A stretch of DNA of 64,000 nt from Malacoraja senta. Taxonomy: Eukaryota. The first letter of the stretch is position 1; each line of letters begins with the position of its first letter. A model generated the notes under the pieces. That model ran no database searches, was not told where the DNA came from, and worked only from the letters and a program-made list of their open reading frames with translations. Both the position numbers and the translations under genes were made by a program. This document shows, piece after piece, positions 1 to 12,974 of this stretch. Location: contig CM075991.1 of NCBI GenBank assembly GCA_038087875.1, positions 11,162,001 to 11,226,000 of the forward strand. Reading direction: 5' to 3'.

Positions 1-2057
1 GCACTCCTGACTGCACTGCTCCCTTGCCAGCGCGGTACGCCGTGTGCCTGAGGTTTTATGCTTCCATCTCTCAATCTCAATGCCCTGAAGATACGAGTTT
101 TATCTACAGCTGGCGTGTTTTTCCCCAACGGTTGAGAGGGATGTTGGCTTCAGAGAGTGGTGGTGTGCTCCCTCTTGTGCTCCCATCTCAATCTACACGG
201 CTGGAGTGTGTGTTGGGGTGGTCCCTCGTGTAGGTAGGATGTCCCATTTCTTACAGACCTCGCCGCTCTGAGATAAATGCTACATTACTGCGGGATGTTA
301 CACTGAGGCCTTATATGGAAAAGAATGTCGGTGTCTGAGCCAATATTCTTCCCTCAATCAGCACTATCCGAGGGTGTTGAGGCATCTGATCTAGCTGTGT
401 GCCAATTAGCTGGAATGTTTACTTACAATAGCAGCGACTGCAGTTGGAAAGTAACAATTTGGCCGTGAAGTGTTTGGCAACATTTCAAACATGTGATGCA
501 GCAGCGTTTTCACAACCTTGTCCTGTACCACAGGTTTGTTAGTGTAAGAAAGAACTACAGATGCTGGTTTAAATCGAAGCTAAGACACAAAAAATGCTGG
601 AGTAACTCAGCGGGACAGGCAGCATCTCCGGAGAGAGTTAGTTTAGTTTATTGTCACGCGTACCGAGGTACAGTGAAAAGCTTTTATCCAGTCAGCAGAA
701 AGACAATAGACAATAGGTGCAGGAGTAGGCCATTTGGCCCTTCGAGCCAGCACCGCCATTCAATGTGATCATGGCTGATCATCCCCCATCAGTACCCCGT
801 TCCTGCCTTCTCCCCATATCCCCTGACAATACATGATTACAATCGATCCATTCACACTGTATAGATACATGATGAGGGAATAACATTTAGTACAAGGTAA
901 ACCCAGCAAAGTCTGATCAAGGATAGTCTGTCTGAGTGTTTAAGAAGGAACTGCAGATGCTGGAAAAATAGAAGGTAGATAAAAATGCTGGAGAAACTCA
1001 GCGGGTGAGGCAGCATCCATAGAGCGAAGGAAAAGGTGATGTCACCAAAGAGGAAATTGGTAGTCAGCACTGCTCTCTGGTTGTGGGAGGATGATTCAGT
1101 TGTCTGATAACTGGGAAGAAATTGTCACTGAATCTGGAGGTGTGGGTTTTAACATTTCTACACCAGGTATCCTGGGACACAACAGATTTGAACGCAAGAA
1201 GCGAGTGAACTCCAGGTTTAGTGTCTCCAGTTGATTAGAACATCTGATAACGGGTGGGGTCACATATGTAACTGGAGACCATTTAATCATTCAAGCCCCA
1301 CATACACCCAGTCTGAATCAGTCAGACCTGAAGTCTGAAAATGGGTAGACACAAAATGCTCATGTAACTCAGCGGGACAGACAGCATAGTCATACAGCGT
1401 AGAAACAGGCCCTTCGGCTCAACTTTCCCACTCTGGCCAACTACATTAGTCCCACCCAAAGATACTAGAGGCTCCTATAGTATCTTTGGTCCCACCCGCC
1501 TGCGTTTGGCCCATATCCATCCAAACCTGTACTATCCATGTTTCTGTCGAACTGTTTCTGAAATGTTGAAATATTCCCTGCCTCAACTACCTCCTCCGGC
1601 AGTTCATTCTATTAACTCACCACCCTTTGTGTGAAAAAGTTACCCCTCGGTTTCCTATTAAATCCTTCCAACCACTGAAGCACATTCATTCTCAGGTCTC
1701 GGAGGTTAACACACTTGAATATGATGTCTGATGGAGTGGTGAAGGTAGACTCTCACAATCGGCAAGACATTGCAGGCTGTGCTGGTGAATTAGATTAGTA
1801 GGGATAGGTACTGTGGTCAGCATGGACATACTGAGCAAGGAGCATGTTTTTGCGTTGTGACTCCAAATGCATGACTCAAGTCACAAAGTCTTAATTTGAA
1901 AAATGCAAGGGAACAGAGATTTCTCAATGCACATTCACGCAGCCTGTCCATTTGTAGCCCGTGAAGTCCAAAATCTTCACCATTTCTGTCCGAACCAAGA
2001 CTGACGTTTATTTCACTGCTCTGGTTCCTCATGGTTTCAGCAAGGGCACGTGGCTCA

Positions 2058-2075
2058 GTGCTGCCACCTGTAGGG
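2058..2075 (-). promoter_or_regulatory. Candidate CTCF site (CCCTACAGGTGGCAGCAC) next to an E-box CACGTG (2047-2052)
   Basis: Close match to the CTCF core motif in non-repeat sequence downstream of GMCL1. Confidence 0.35.
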
Positions 2076-2164
2076 ACGCTGAGATCTTACAGTCGTTTTA
2101 AAAGTGCATTGCAGAATGGTCGAAGCAAGAACGACACTGAATGATTTGCTGCACTTATAGAAAC

Positions 2165-2460
2165 ATGGGGAAAAAGGCGCAGGAGTAGGCCATTCGAACT
2201 AGCACCGCCATTCAATATGACCATGGCTGATCATCCAAAATCAATACCCCGTTCCTGCTTTCCCCCCCATATCCCTTGATTCCATTAGCCCCAAGAGCTA
2301 AATCTAACTCTCTCTTGAAAATATCCAGTGCATTGGCCTCCAGTGCCTTCTGTGGTAGAGAATTCCACAGATTCACAACTCTCTGGGTGAAAAAGTTTTT
2401 CCTCATCTCAGTCCTAAATGGCCTACCCCTTATTCTTAAATTTCGACCCCTGGTTCTGGT
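2165..2460 (-). mobile_element. CR1-clade (HER1-like) LINE 3' end
   Basis: ORF 2212..2463 RTRG..LRIRGRPFRTEMRKNFFTQRVVNLWNSLP. Confidence 0.8.
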
Positions 2461-3874
2461 CACTTCACAGATACAGGCATAAAAATTCAGACTGAATCTC
2501 TAATATTGGGGGAGTGGCCCATTTCCTAAATCAGCAGACAATGCTTCACAAGTATGATGCAAGCTATCCAGAAACATGTCTGTTTGCTATCAGGAGGTTG
2601 TCTAGGAATCTCCTACAGGTTATGGATCACCTTACTCTCATAGGAAATGACACATGATAGGAGGCAAATTAAATTTAATGTTGAGTGATTTGAAGCGTTA
2701 TATTTGGTTGGAAGAATGAGAAAACACAATATAAACAAAAGACGCAATTTTAAAAAGAGTAGAAGAATAGAGATCTGAGAAAATACAGACAGTTTGCTCA
2801 AATAGGTAGGGTGTTGGATTTCCACTGTGTAAAAACATATGGGATGTTGGGTTTTACAAATACAGACAAACAGTACACGTACAATGAAGTTATAACGCAT
2901 CTTTTCAAAACACTGAAGTTGTTACGACATTAGGGAGAGGGCGGAAAATATTTACCAAAACATTTCTCGCAAAAGTGGAGCTATCATCTGGAACTGGAGA
3001 AGCTGGAGTTGTTCTCATCGGAATGACAATTGCAAGACGTTCTAATAGAAGTGCTTAAGATTATAAAAGGTGTAGACACAATAGACAATAGGTGCAGCAG
3101 TATGCCAATCGGCCCTTCGAGCCAGCACTGCCATTCAATGTGATCATGGCTGATCATCCCCAATCAGTACCCCGTTTCTGCCTTCTCCCCTGACTCCGCT
3201 ATCTTTAAGAGCCAGAGCTAATTGGAACACACATTGGGGTTAAACTAAAACTGTTTTCATTGGCAAAAGAAACAAAAATTACATGAAGAAAATCTTTATT
3301 ATACAATGAATGGTTAGGGCTGTTGGGTCTTTATAATGTCTTAGGTGGTTCAGTATAAATTTTATTTGAGAATCTTTCCTGGAAATAACTTGGGGTCTTT
3401 TTTTGCAATTAAACATGCAATATAAAAATGTAAGCTGCTGTAAATTTGGAGCTATGATGGTAAACATTTACAGGCTATGTCACTGAATCAAACATGGCTG
3501 TAAATGATTGAGAAGTGAGGACTTGGTGAGGACACCATGTTCCAGACAGTTGCTGTGAGTCGCAGATTGCAAATGCTGTTCCACACGGCAAAACTTTAAC
3601 TCCTTAAGTGCTGGTGCTCGCGTGATACTGACCTGGGATTATGACACTATGGCAATAGCAGTGGCCTCCCATATGCTAAACTCGCATATCTGTCCCTCAA
3701 GAAAAGTGAACTAAAATAAATCCCTTCTTCCTTGCCTCAAGCAGTAAACAGTGGGAATAAAACACAGAGAATGTTGGTCATCAAGGGAGGGATAAGGGAA
3801 TAGGAATAGTGATGCCGAGGGGAATAACGATTGGCATAATGTGAAAGGAATAGGGGAATAGCAGTTACTACAAG

Positions 3875-4188
3875 ATGCAGAGTCTCTTGCCCAGAGTAGG
3901 TGAATCGAGGACCAGAGGACATACGTTTAAGGTGAAGGGGAAAAGATTTAATAGGAATCTGAGGGGTAACGTTTTCACATAAAGGGTGGTGGAACAAGCT
4001 GCCAGAGGAGGTAGTTGAGGCAGGGACTATCCCAACGTTTAAGAATTAGTTAGATAGGTACATGGATCGGATAGGTTTGGAGAAATATGGACTAATCGCG
4101 AGCAGGTGGAACTAGTGTAGCTGGGGCATGTTGGCCGGTGTGGGCAAGTTAGGACTTGTTTCCACACTGTATCACTCTATTACTCTAT
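3875..4188 (+). mobile_element. CR1-clade LINE 3' end
   Basis: Same 3' region as copies at 1389-1665(-), 40753-40975(+) and 54163-54412(-); CTCTAT-type tail. Confidence 0.7.
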
Positions 4189-5113
4189 GGGTGGGCTGGA
4201 GTCCCACAAAGGGCTTAGGAAGAACAATTGTGGATGAGTGAGAATTTTATGTTTGAGTGTGAGAGGCTGCGTGAGTGAAATTTAAGCATGAATGGGGGGG
4301 GGAGAGTTGTCAAAGACTTGGCCCAGATCCATCAAGGGGACGCCAGTTGCTTATGACCAGAAAGTGAAAAGAAAATAGTAAAAATGGTCAAGAGTGGACA
4401 GAGGGAAAAAGGAAAGGAATTCCCCCCGGCAGAACATTTAACTGCGATTGAATAGTGTCTGCAGTAGGTTTGACGAGAGAAAGAGAAGTGTAGAAATTGT
4501 GACTGTGCTGCTCTCCTTATGCACGTAAATAAAGTATGTTTGGAAAAGAGTGCATGTGGTCAGAGTCCTATATTATTCGGCAACGCCATTCAAGAGCTGA
4601 GCTCACGTGATTCTGACATGGGGGGGGGGGTAAAAAAAACCCCATCAAAAAGCTACTAAAATAAATCCCGTCTACCTTGCCTCAATTAGTAAATAGTGGG
4701 GAAAAAACACAGAACATGGTGTACATACTCAGCAAGTCAGGCAGATCTTGTGAAGAAAGATGCATAGTCAATATTTCTGAAATGCTTCCACATATGTTGC
4801 CCGACCTGCTGAGTATTTCCAGCCCTCTCTGTATTTGTTTCAGATTTCCAGCATCTGTAGTTTTGTTTTTGTTTTTTAGTACATAAGGCTTGACATGTTT
4901 AATGATTATCAAATAGAGTGCATCACTCAGGTACAAAAGCAGGTAGGGCATTCCAACACTGTAAAACATGGCACAGTATCAAAGTAAAGAATGAAACATC
5001 TCGATCATTCCCTCTCTAATCTTCCATTTCTCATTCAAACATTCTAAACAGGAAAACTGTGGTAATGAGTGCAATAAGGTTATTAAACTTTTTTTAGATG
5101 TAGTTATAGGAAG

Positions 5114-5212
5114 GTAGTCAAAAGTGCTGGAGAAACTCAGCGGTTGCGGCAGCATCTATGGAGCGAAGGAAATAGGCAACGTTTCGGGCTGAAACCCTTC
5201 TTCAGACTGATA
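5114..5212 (-). mobile_element. Minimal PLE 3'-end insertion (hammerhead + terminal stem), 13-bp TSD
   Basis: TAGTTATAGGAAG at 5101-5113 and 5213-5225. Confidence 0.8.
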
Positions 5213-5512
5213 TAGTTATAGGAAGACTGTTGTGTTGTGACAACGCATTGTAAAATACAGATGTAATTACAGACACTGGCCTGCAGAGAGCACCATTGCC
5301 CTTGCAATCAGAAAGTCCAAAGTGAAAAGGCACAGTTGAAAAATATTTGTTCTTCCGACCCATTTGCTTTGGGATGGAGAAGAAGGAAAGCTGTTTGTTT
5401 CTTCCTTTCAGTCCTTGTTTTAAAGCTTCACCAGGAGCAATTCTGGCCTCCCCCTGCAGCTTAACGAAGAATCTTGAGCTAGAGGCATGGCTAAGGAACC
5501 AGATCTCACAAA

Positions 5513-5797
5513 GTGGCGGCGCAGTGGTGGAGTTGCAGCCTAACAGTGCCAGAGACCCGGGTTCGATCCCGACTAACGGGTGCTGTCTGTACGGAGTTTG
5601 TACGTTCTCCCTGTGATCGCGTGAGTTTTCTCCGGGTGCTCCGGTTTCCTCCCACATTCCAAAGGCGTGCGGGTTTGTCAGCTTCTGTAAATTGTCCTTT
5701 GTGTGGCAGGATAGAACTAGCTTACAGGTGATCGCTGGTCGGCGCATACTTAGTGGGGCCGAAGGACCTGTTTCCATGCTGTGTATCTAAACTAAAC
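5513..5797 (+). mobile_element. tRNA-derived HE1-type (V-SINE) element
   Basis: A/B box-like head (GGTTCGATCC), central GTACGTTCTCC core, (CTAAA)n tail. Confidence 0.8.
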
Positions 5798-6641
5798 ATA
5801 TTGATGTCCCAGGATGAGGTGAGAAAGATCAGATGGACCCATAATTTGCTGAATAATGCTGAAATTTCAGCTGCTGGTGAGTAATTGGAGCTAAGACTCT
5901 CAGAAAATAGTACTAAATTAGGGTCAGAGATAATGTGGATGGTCAGTCTTTTTCCCAGGCAAATGGCATCTAAAATAGAGGGTATATTTTTAAGGTGAGA
6001 AGGGAAAGATTTAAAGGAGATCGGAGGGACACTTTAATCACAGAGGGTGGTGGAAATGTGGAACAATTTGCAAGAGGAAGTGGTAGAGGAGGGTAATAAT
6101 TATAATGTTTAAAGGACATTTGAACAGATTCATGGATAGGAAAGGTATAGCGGGATATGAGACAAACGTGGGCAAACGGACCTAGTGTGTACATTGATCA
6201 GCTTGGACAAGTTGAGCTATAGGGCCGGTTTCTGTACTGTAATGGACAGTTGTAGCAACACTGCCTGAGGAAAACCTTGAGTAGGTCTCCTGGGACATAA
6301 ACATGGAAAAGGAGCAGGTAGAAGCAACGCTTCACATTTGCATTAATTAGGACCGTTGTCTTCCTAGATTGCAACTGAAGACCTGTTCTTATTAGACTGG
6401 TTACCTCCCTGATTGCTGTTCAAAATCATTCACACAGTACACAGCTTAGTCAGGGAGACAAGGACAGTTAGTTTGGAGCATGTTTATCCCATCTAACACA
6501 TTTCTAACTGGCATATCTCCATTTTACTGTTAAATTGTCCCAGAACACAATTGCTTTTCTAAAAAAATAACAATAAATTGCACAGCAAAAAAGTAGATGC
6601 ACTGTTTTCTGTCCCGTGTGACTCGTGGAGTGTATGATTTC

Positions 6642-6647
6642 TTTATT
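6642..6647 (-). promoter_or_regulatory. Candidate GMCL1 polyadenylation signal AATAAA
   Basis: AATAAA about 150 nt after the stop, with a U-rich stretch further downstream. Confidence 0.4.
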
Positions 6648-6793
6648 CCTTATGAGCAGTTCCTCAGACCGATGCACTGAACAAGCGCTCAACTGTCCCC
6701 TGAAATGGTTAAAATGATCGTGAGCTACTCGTGGAGAAGAGCGAGTCATCTGGACAGAGCACGTGGACAGAGACGCCACAGTGACATCCCATT

Positions 6794-6923
6794 TCAGTTC
6801 TCACTGTTTGGTGGCTGCTCGTCACTCTCAGCTTTTGTCTCTGGTGATGTGTAAAGGAAATTGCAGCAAATGTAGAGCGGGAACATCAGGAGCCTGCTGT
6901 CCAGATTCAGCAACAATCTGTTC
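6794..6923 (-). CDS. GMCL1: GMCL1 terminal coding exon 14 (EQIV / LNLDSRLLMFPLYICCNFLYTSPETKAESDEQPPNSEN*), with one extra base
   Basis: Acceptor cag at 6924-6926. EQIV is in one frame; the conserved NLDSRLLxFPLYICCNFLY is in the +1 frame (ORF 6794..6997). Confidence 0.88.
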
Positions 6924-6987
6924 CTGTGACCCAAACAAAAAGTGGTGTAAGAATATACAGGATGCCAGATAATGTGGAAGAGCGTAA

Positions 6988-7279
6988 AGGGCGGCACGGT
7001 GGCACTGTGATAGAGTTGCTGCCTTACTGTGCCAGAGACTCAGGTTCCGATCCTGACTACGGGTGCTGTCTGTATGGGGTTTTGTACGTTCTCCTGTGAC
7101 CGGCATTGATTTTCTCTGAGATTTCCGCTTTCCTCCCACATTCCAAAAACGTGCAGGTTTGTAGGTTAATTGGTTTGGTCAAATTGTAAATTGTCCCCAG
7201 TGTGTGTAGGGATGTCTGGTCGGCATGGACTCGCTGGGCCGAAGGACTGGTTCCACTCTGTATCTCTAAACTAAACTAA
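6988..7279 (+). mobile_element. HE1-type SINE ~65 nt from the GMCL1 last acceptor
   Basis: Same family as 5513-5797. Confidence 0.8.
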
Positions 7280-7572
7280 GGCAAGAGATCCAAACACGCA
7301 AGGTCGTCAGTCCAAAACTACAAGCTACTTCGCTAATGTAGGACTGTGCATTTGGCACTAAAGTAGAGTGTGCGAGGAGTCGTTGGTTTGGGATTAGTCA
7401 CATGTGCAGCAGATGCTCTGTGCAGTGTCCGAGTGGAATTTAACTCCCTAAACCTGACTTTCCCCCAAATATCTTAGCACTATAAGATGGCAAAAACCAT
7501 CAGTATCAGGCTTAAAGTTAACACATGGAAGCAACATTTAAGTGCTGCCTGCAGATAGGAGTTTAACAATTA

Positions 7573-7863
7573 CAGTAAACCCTTGTTTTAACAGACCCCA
7601 TCATAGCGGATTTTGGTTATAGTGGACGGACTTGCCTACGGCATTGCCTGGGTTGTTGAGTTACTCCATCTTTTGTCTTCTCTCTCTCCCCATGACATAA
7701 GATGTGGTGCTCTGAGCTACACTCTGGGCTCCAGTCCTGGTCTAACAATAGTTTTGTATAAATTGTATCCCCTTGTATTAAAATCCTCCATATTCAAGGT
7801 CAACATTCCTGGGGTTTTTTCCGACACCTGCCCATCGCTTGTTAATGATTTTAATATACACTG
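7573..7863. mobile_element. Tigger/pogo-like MITE with TA flanks
   Basis: TA|CAGTAAACCCTTGTTTTAAC ... CACTG|TA; related terminus at 50300-50324. Confidence 0.5.
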
Positions 7864-10448
7864 TATATACGCCGAGACGATTGTCTTAAAATGAGCTCAG
7901 GGCATTGTTCAAGTGCAGCCTGAATTATTTGCATATCGTAGAATATATTCTGCAACGAATAAGGCAATGATGGGATGTTTGGTGTTTGCTTTTCTGTCCC
8001 TTCCTATAATTATTACCTCTTCACATCATAATACTCATAAATGCCCATGTGCAAGTGATGAATAAAACTTGATTGATAGATTGAGGAAAAGTTCTAATAG
8101 AATGTAAAATAACAAATGTAACTCCTTCAAAAAGCAAACTGCTGGAGGAACTCAGTAGGTCAGGCAGCACCTGGGGAGGGAAATAGACAGATGACATTTC
8201 GGGTCGGGACTCTTTAGTCTGAGGAGCAGCGTGTGAAGGTGGCGACATAGAAAGCAGGAAATTACAGGCCACAGAACTGAACATTGTCACAATGAAACTG
8301 TTCGAAGCTATCTTTAAAGATGTTATTACAAGGAACTTAGAAAATGTAAAGGTAATCAGGCATAGTCAACATGGTTTTGTAAGCAGGATGTTGTTTGGCC
8401 AACTTAATGGAGTTCTTTAAAGAAATACTGTGCCATGAACCACACATGGAAGAGCTATATTTATATTCCCCAAAGGCATTTTGATGAAGAGGTAAATTCA
8501 ACAAATTAAAAACTCGTGATGTATGTAACATTCTGGCATGGACAAAATAACAGCTGGAATAAATGGGTCTTTACTCTGTTGGGCAAGATGCAGTGCAGTG
8601 TGCCACAGGGATCAATGCTGGAGCCTCAGTGCCACACATTCCTTAGTGTCCTATCATTTACTATTCATGTCCCTACCCCTATTCGATTTACCAAAATGTA
8701 ATATCTTGGCACTTGTGGGATTCATTCATCTGACAAAGATTCTGCCCAGATTTGATTTATATCCTGCTGTAGCCTTAGACAACATTCCCCCACCATCACC
8801 ACCACCACTTTCCATGTCACCTGCACAAGTTACTTTCATCTTCACTACCATGTCATCTTGCTGTCTTTGCCTTTCACCCGTACCAGAACACGCTGGGCCT
8901 GAACTCTTGCTAACCCTGCTTTAAAAGATTCACACATAATCAGATGTTGTTTAATCCACATTCACCTGATCCCAATCTACTTTGTGCTCGGTCATCTCTT
9001 TATCAAAATAGGTAGGGAAAGTAAGCTGCAAAGAGGCAAAAAGGAGGCTATAGAGGAATACAGACAGGTTAAATGATTGAATAAAGATCTAGCAAATAAG
9101 AGTATAATGTGGGAAAATGTGAAACCATCCACTCTGACAGGAACAAAAAGAGCAGATTATCATCCAAAGAATTAGAGATACAAAAGGATCTGGGTAAACT
9201 CCTGCATTTCGCAAAAGGACGGCATGCACATACGGGAACTAATTAGAGTTATGGTGCGATACAGTGCAGAAACACACTTTTTTTCGGCTCACTGAGTCCA
9301 AGCGATCATTAGCAACCATTTGCATCAATTCTACAGAAACAAGGAACTGCTGATGCTGGTTTACAAAAAAAAAGACACAAAGTGCTGGAGTAAATTAGCG
9401 GGTCAGGCAGCATCTCTGGAAAACATGGAATCAGTTTGCAGAAGGGTCCTGACCCAAATCATCACCGATCCATATTCTCCAGAGATGCTGCCTGACTCGC
9501 TGACTTACTTCAGCACTTTGTGCCTTTTATTGAATAATCTAAATAATTGGCAGAGCAGATGTGAGGGACTGAGTGGTTTACTCCTGATTCTAATTTGTAT
9601 TCAGGTACTGGCACAAATCTCCATAGTGTGTAGTTTAGCTCTTAATTTTCAACAGGGTTATTACACGCAATGTTTAATTGGTTTTCATATCCAGAGATCA
9701 AAAAGTTCCCGAATATGCAACGTGTCAAATTTTTTTCCATCAAAGGACCTTAAATCTCATTGAGCAAATTATCATGTGGATAATCATTGCTTTAATTACG
9801 TCTAAGGATCAAACCTATTTTCTTTACGAACACTAATAATGCCAGCTTTTTGCTTGGGTGTGAAATACAGGTTGAAAACAACATGCATTTCCTTGACTTC
9901 AGGTTAGCTAAGATGTTTGTCTGGAACTAAGTGTACCCTAGGGCAACATGTTTTACAGTCCAAACGTGAATATTTTCCTGGATACCAATGTGCTGCAGGT
10001 GCAATCACTAGCTATAAATGTTACGCCTTCCCCGTGAAGAATGAATGATAAGGAATCCAAGCAGTTTAATTAAGATTCTAATCAACCCTACTTGATGATG
10101 TTTCACAGCTTCACTGTTGCTTAGAATTGATTGAAGGCTATCCAGACAAGAAAAGAATGAAGCTGTTTAGATTATATATACACCAGGAGTTACATTCCTT
10201 CATCAACAATCTCAAGGATTATTCAAAGCAATAAACAAATAGAAGCTGTCAGTCTAATAACTTCTCAGGAATTTCACTGCTTTAGTTTTGCAGATTGTTA
10301 CTGGTAGCAATTCCAATGTTAACACAGACTGTCTCTGACATGCTGCTCCTTTAGAAAGTTGATGGATTTTAAAACGTCGGAAGGGTATTCCCTGGGAATT
10401 CAGTAAGGAATATTCCTATTATGTGTAAGTTGGTGCTTAGTAACATAC

Positions 10449-10536
10449 CTGGTCTTTGTCCAGTGATAGGACCTGATAACCAGCTGATCGACTACAGATC
10501 ACTTTCCCATTGCTGTCAAATGATGCCAGTCTTAAT
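10449..10536 (-). CDS. GMCL1: GMCL1 exon 13 (LRLASFDSNGKVICSRSAGYQVLSLDKDQ)
   Basis: Visible in ORF 10437..10772; cag/gtatg boundaries; 88 nt, ends in phase 0. Confidence 0.95.
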
Positions 10537-11079
10537 CTGCAACAGATAGGATTTACGTAAAATAAAACACGCAAAATATCAATTAATATCAAAAGTAATT
10601 TACTTTGGAGGGCAACTGAAAAATAACTACTTAATCTCATCCAAGCTCCCAGTTTGTAAGCACAGGTTGCTAAACCAATTGCTAATTGGAGTAATAATGT
10701 GTTGAATATTGTGATGAAAGGTAATGCCTCGTCTGTCTTTTCAGGCAATCGGTTCAGCCATTCTTTGGACAAAATCCTAATTCCTCAAGTTCTATTAAAC
10801 CTAGTAATTGACCCTCACGTAAGGGAAGAAGGCTGTTCCTACTCACGTGGTCCAGGGCTCTGATAATTTTCAATCGGTCAATTAAATCCCATCCCAGATT
10901 CCATTCTCCCCCCCCCCCCCCCCCAAGGCAAACAAGCACAACACATTGTTTAAGGAACTGCAGATGCTAGAAAATCGAAGGTAGACAAAAATGCTGGAGA
11001 AACTGCAGCATTTTTGTCTACCAAGCACAACACATACAATCTTCCTCGTAACTAAAATGTCTTAACTGAAATGTAGACA

Positions 11080-12060
11080 GAAAAGATATGTAGACAGATT
11101 TACAGAAAGATGCCAAAGCAACAAGGTTGGCTGAGTGGGTGACTTTAACTTCCCCAATATTGACTGGGACTTGCTCAGTGCCAAAGACATCGAAAAGGCA
11201 GAATTTGTGAATGTCTCCAGCAGGGTTTCTTGAACCAGTAAGCGGATAGTCCAACCCAAGAAGGGAACATACTGGAGCTTGGGTTGGGAAATGAGTGAGG
11301 AACAGAAGGATCTTGATGCTCAAGTTCCCTGACGGTGGTAACACAGGTAATTAGAGTGATTAAGAAGGCATACTGTATGCTTGCCTTCATAGGTCAGAGT
11401 ATAGCATATAAAAGTTGGGACATTATGCTTCAACTTTATAAAACACTGGCTACGCTGCACTTGGGAGTGTTGTGTGCAGTTATGGTCATCACATTATCGA
11501 AGTTAATGTACTGGAGGTAATGCAGAGAAGATTCACCAGGACGTTGCATGGCTTGGAAAGCTTTAGTTATGGGGTGGGGATTGAATAAACTGGGTTTGTT
11601 TTCCCTGGAGCGTAGGAGGCTGAAGAGATATATAAAACTATAATGAGCATAGGATAGATAGTCATGACAAGGATATCAAAACAAGAGGGCATAAGTTTAG
11701 AAAAGAGATTTAAAGGGGATTTGAGGAAAACTTCTTTTTTACATAGACAGTGGTTGATTTTTGGTGCAAAACACAATGTTGGAGTAACTCAGCGGGTCGG
11801 GCAGCATCTGTGGAGGGAGGGGATAGGCAATGTTTCAGGTCGGGATTCTTCTTCAGACCTTGATAACTGGAACTTGCTGCCACGGGTAGTGGAGTCAGAT
11901 ACAATCATTATATTTAATTATTATTTAGACAGATACTTAATAGCATTGAAGAATACAGGCCCAATGCGGTCAAATGGAATTTGTGTGGAAGGGTGAAAAG
12001 GTTAGCATGGACATGGTGGACGAACTGGCCGCTTTCCCTCCTGTACAACACTATGACTCT
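11080..12060 (+). mobile_element. CR1-clade LINE fragments with a nested PLE-derived piece
   Basis: GDFNFPNIDW endonuclease remnant and KKAYCMLAFI...YKS RT C-terminus. Confidence 0.65.
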
Positions 12061-12684
12061 GCAGGAGATATGAGAGTGTAAATATGTCTTTTGTCACCTG
12101 AGCTGAAAATATAACACAATGGCAAAAATATATTTGGAAACAGTGCAATGCACCACCACGACTAATTTTGTATTTTGCATGTGACCAAGGAATAATTTCG
12201 AACTCAGTTGTGAATTGTTTCAAGATACTGTAGATTTTGTTCACGAGCTGATTTTATCCGAGTTACATTATGAATTAGACTGCAGTTTGCGAACATATCC
12301 ATTCCCTGTGAAGTGATGTCCCAATAATACTTGGGGATTCATTGGGATTTTGGCTCCTAATTGAACTGAGATTTGTGAGAAGGTGCAGCTTTAGTGTCAG
12401 AAACCCTCCAAGGAATTACTTAAAACCCAATTTAGTGCTGCCCCAACATTTGCCATTCTATTCTGCAGCGCAATTGAATCATCATTCTTAACCTCTTTTA
12501 TTGAGACAATGAATTGGATTTTTTTTTAATTACAGCTACTCTATAATGATCCTATGCATCAGGTAAGAGATAGTGGAAGTCATTTAAAGTCCACAAAATT
12601 GATAGCATTTATCAAAATAAGAACCAATAAGTGTTTGTAGCTGGCATTTAAGGAGGGGATCGCATTACAGATTGCTTGATTGAA

Positions 12685-12974
12685 AGATTCAGCACAGAAG
12701 CAAGTTCTTCAGCCCACGCTGACCTTTGATCACCTGTTCACATTAGTTCTATTTTACCCTACTTTCGCATCCACTAGGGGCAATTTAAAGAGGCCAATTA
12801 ACCTACAAACCTGTGCGTCTTTCGGATTTGAGGGGAAAACGGAACGCCCGTAGGAAACCCACGCAGTCACAGGAACAATGTGCAAACTCATGCAAAAAGC
12901 ACCCAAAGTCAGGATCGAACCCAGGTCTGGCGCTGTGAGGCAGCAGCTCTACCGGCTATGCCACTGTGTCACCC
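12685..12974 (-). mobile_element. HE1-type SINE
   Basis: Reverse-complement match to the same family. Confidence 0.7.

Noticed and set aside
1817..2032. 71-aa ORF with a reasonable ATG context, a possible first exon of a downstream gene
   Set aside because: No recognisable homology, and it runs into LINE sequence; cannot be supported without transcripts.
5513..5590. tRNA-like sequence
   Set aside because: It is the tRNA-derived head of an HE1 SINE, not a full cloverleaf gene.
5202..5777. 191-aa minus-strand ORF
   Set aside because: Starts in an antisense HE1 SINE; no recognisable domain.
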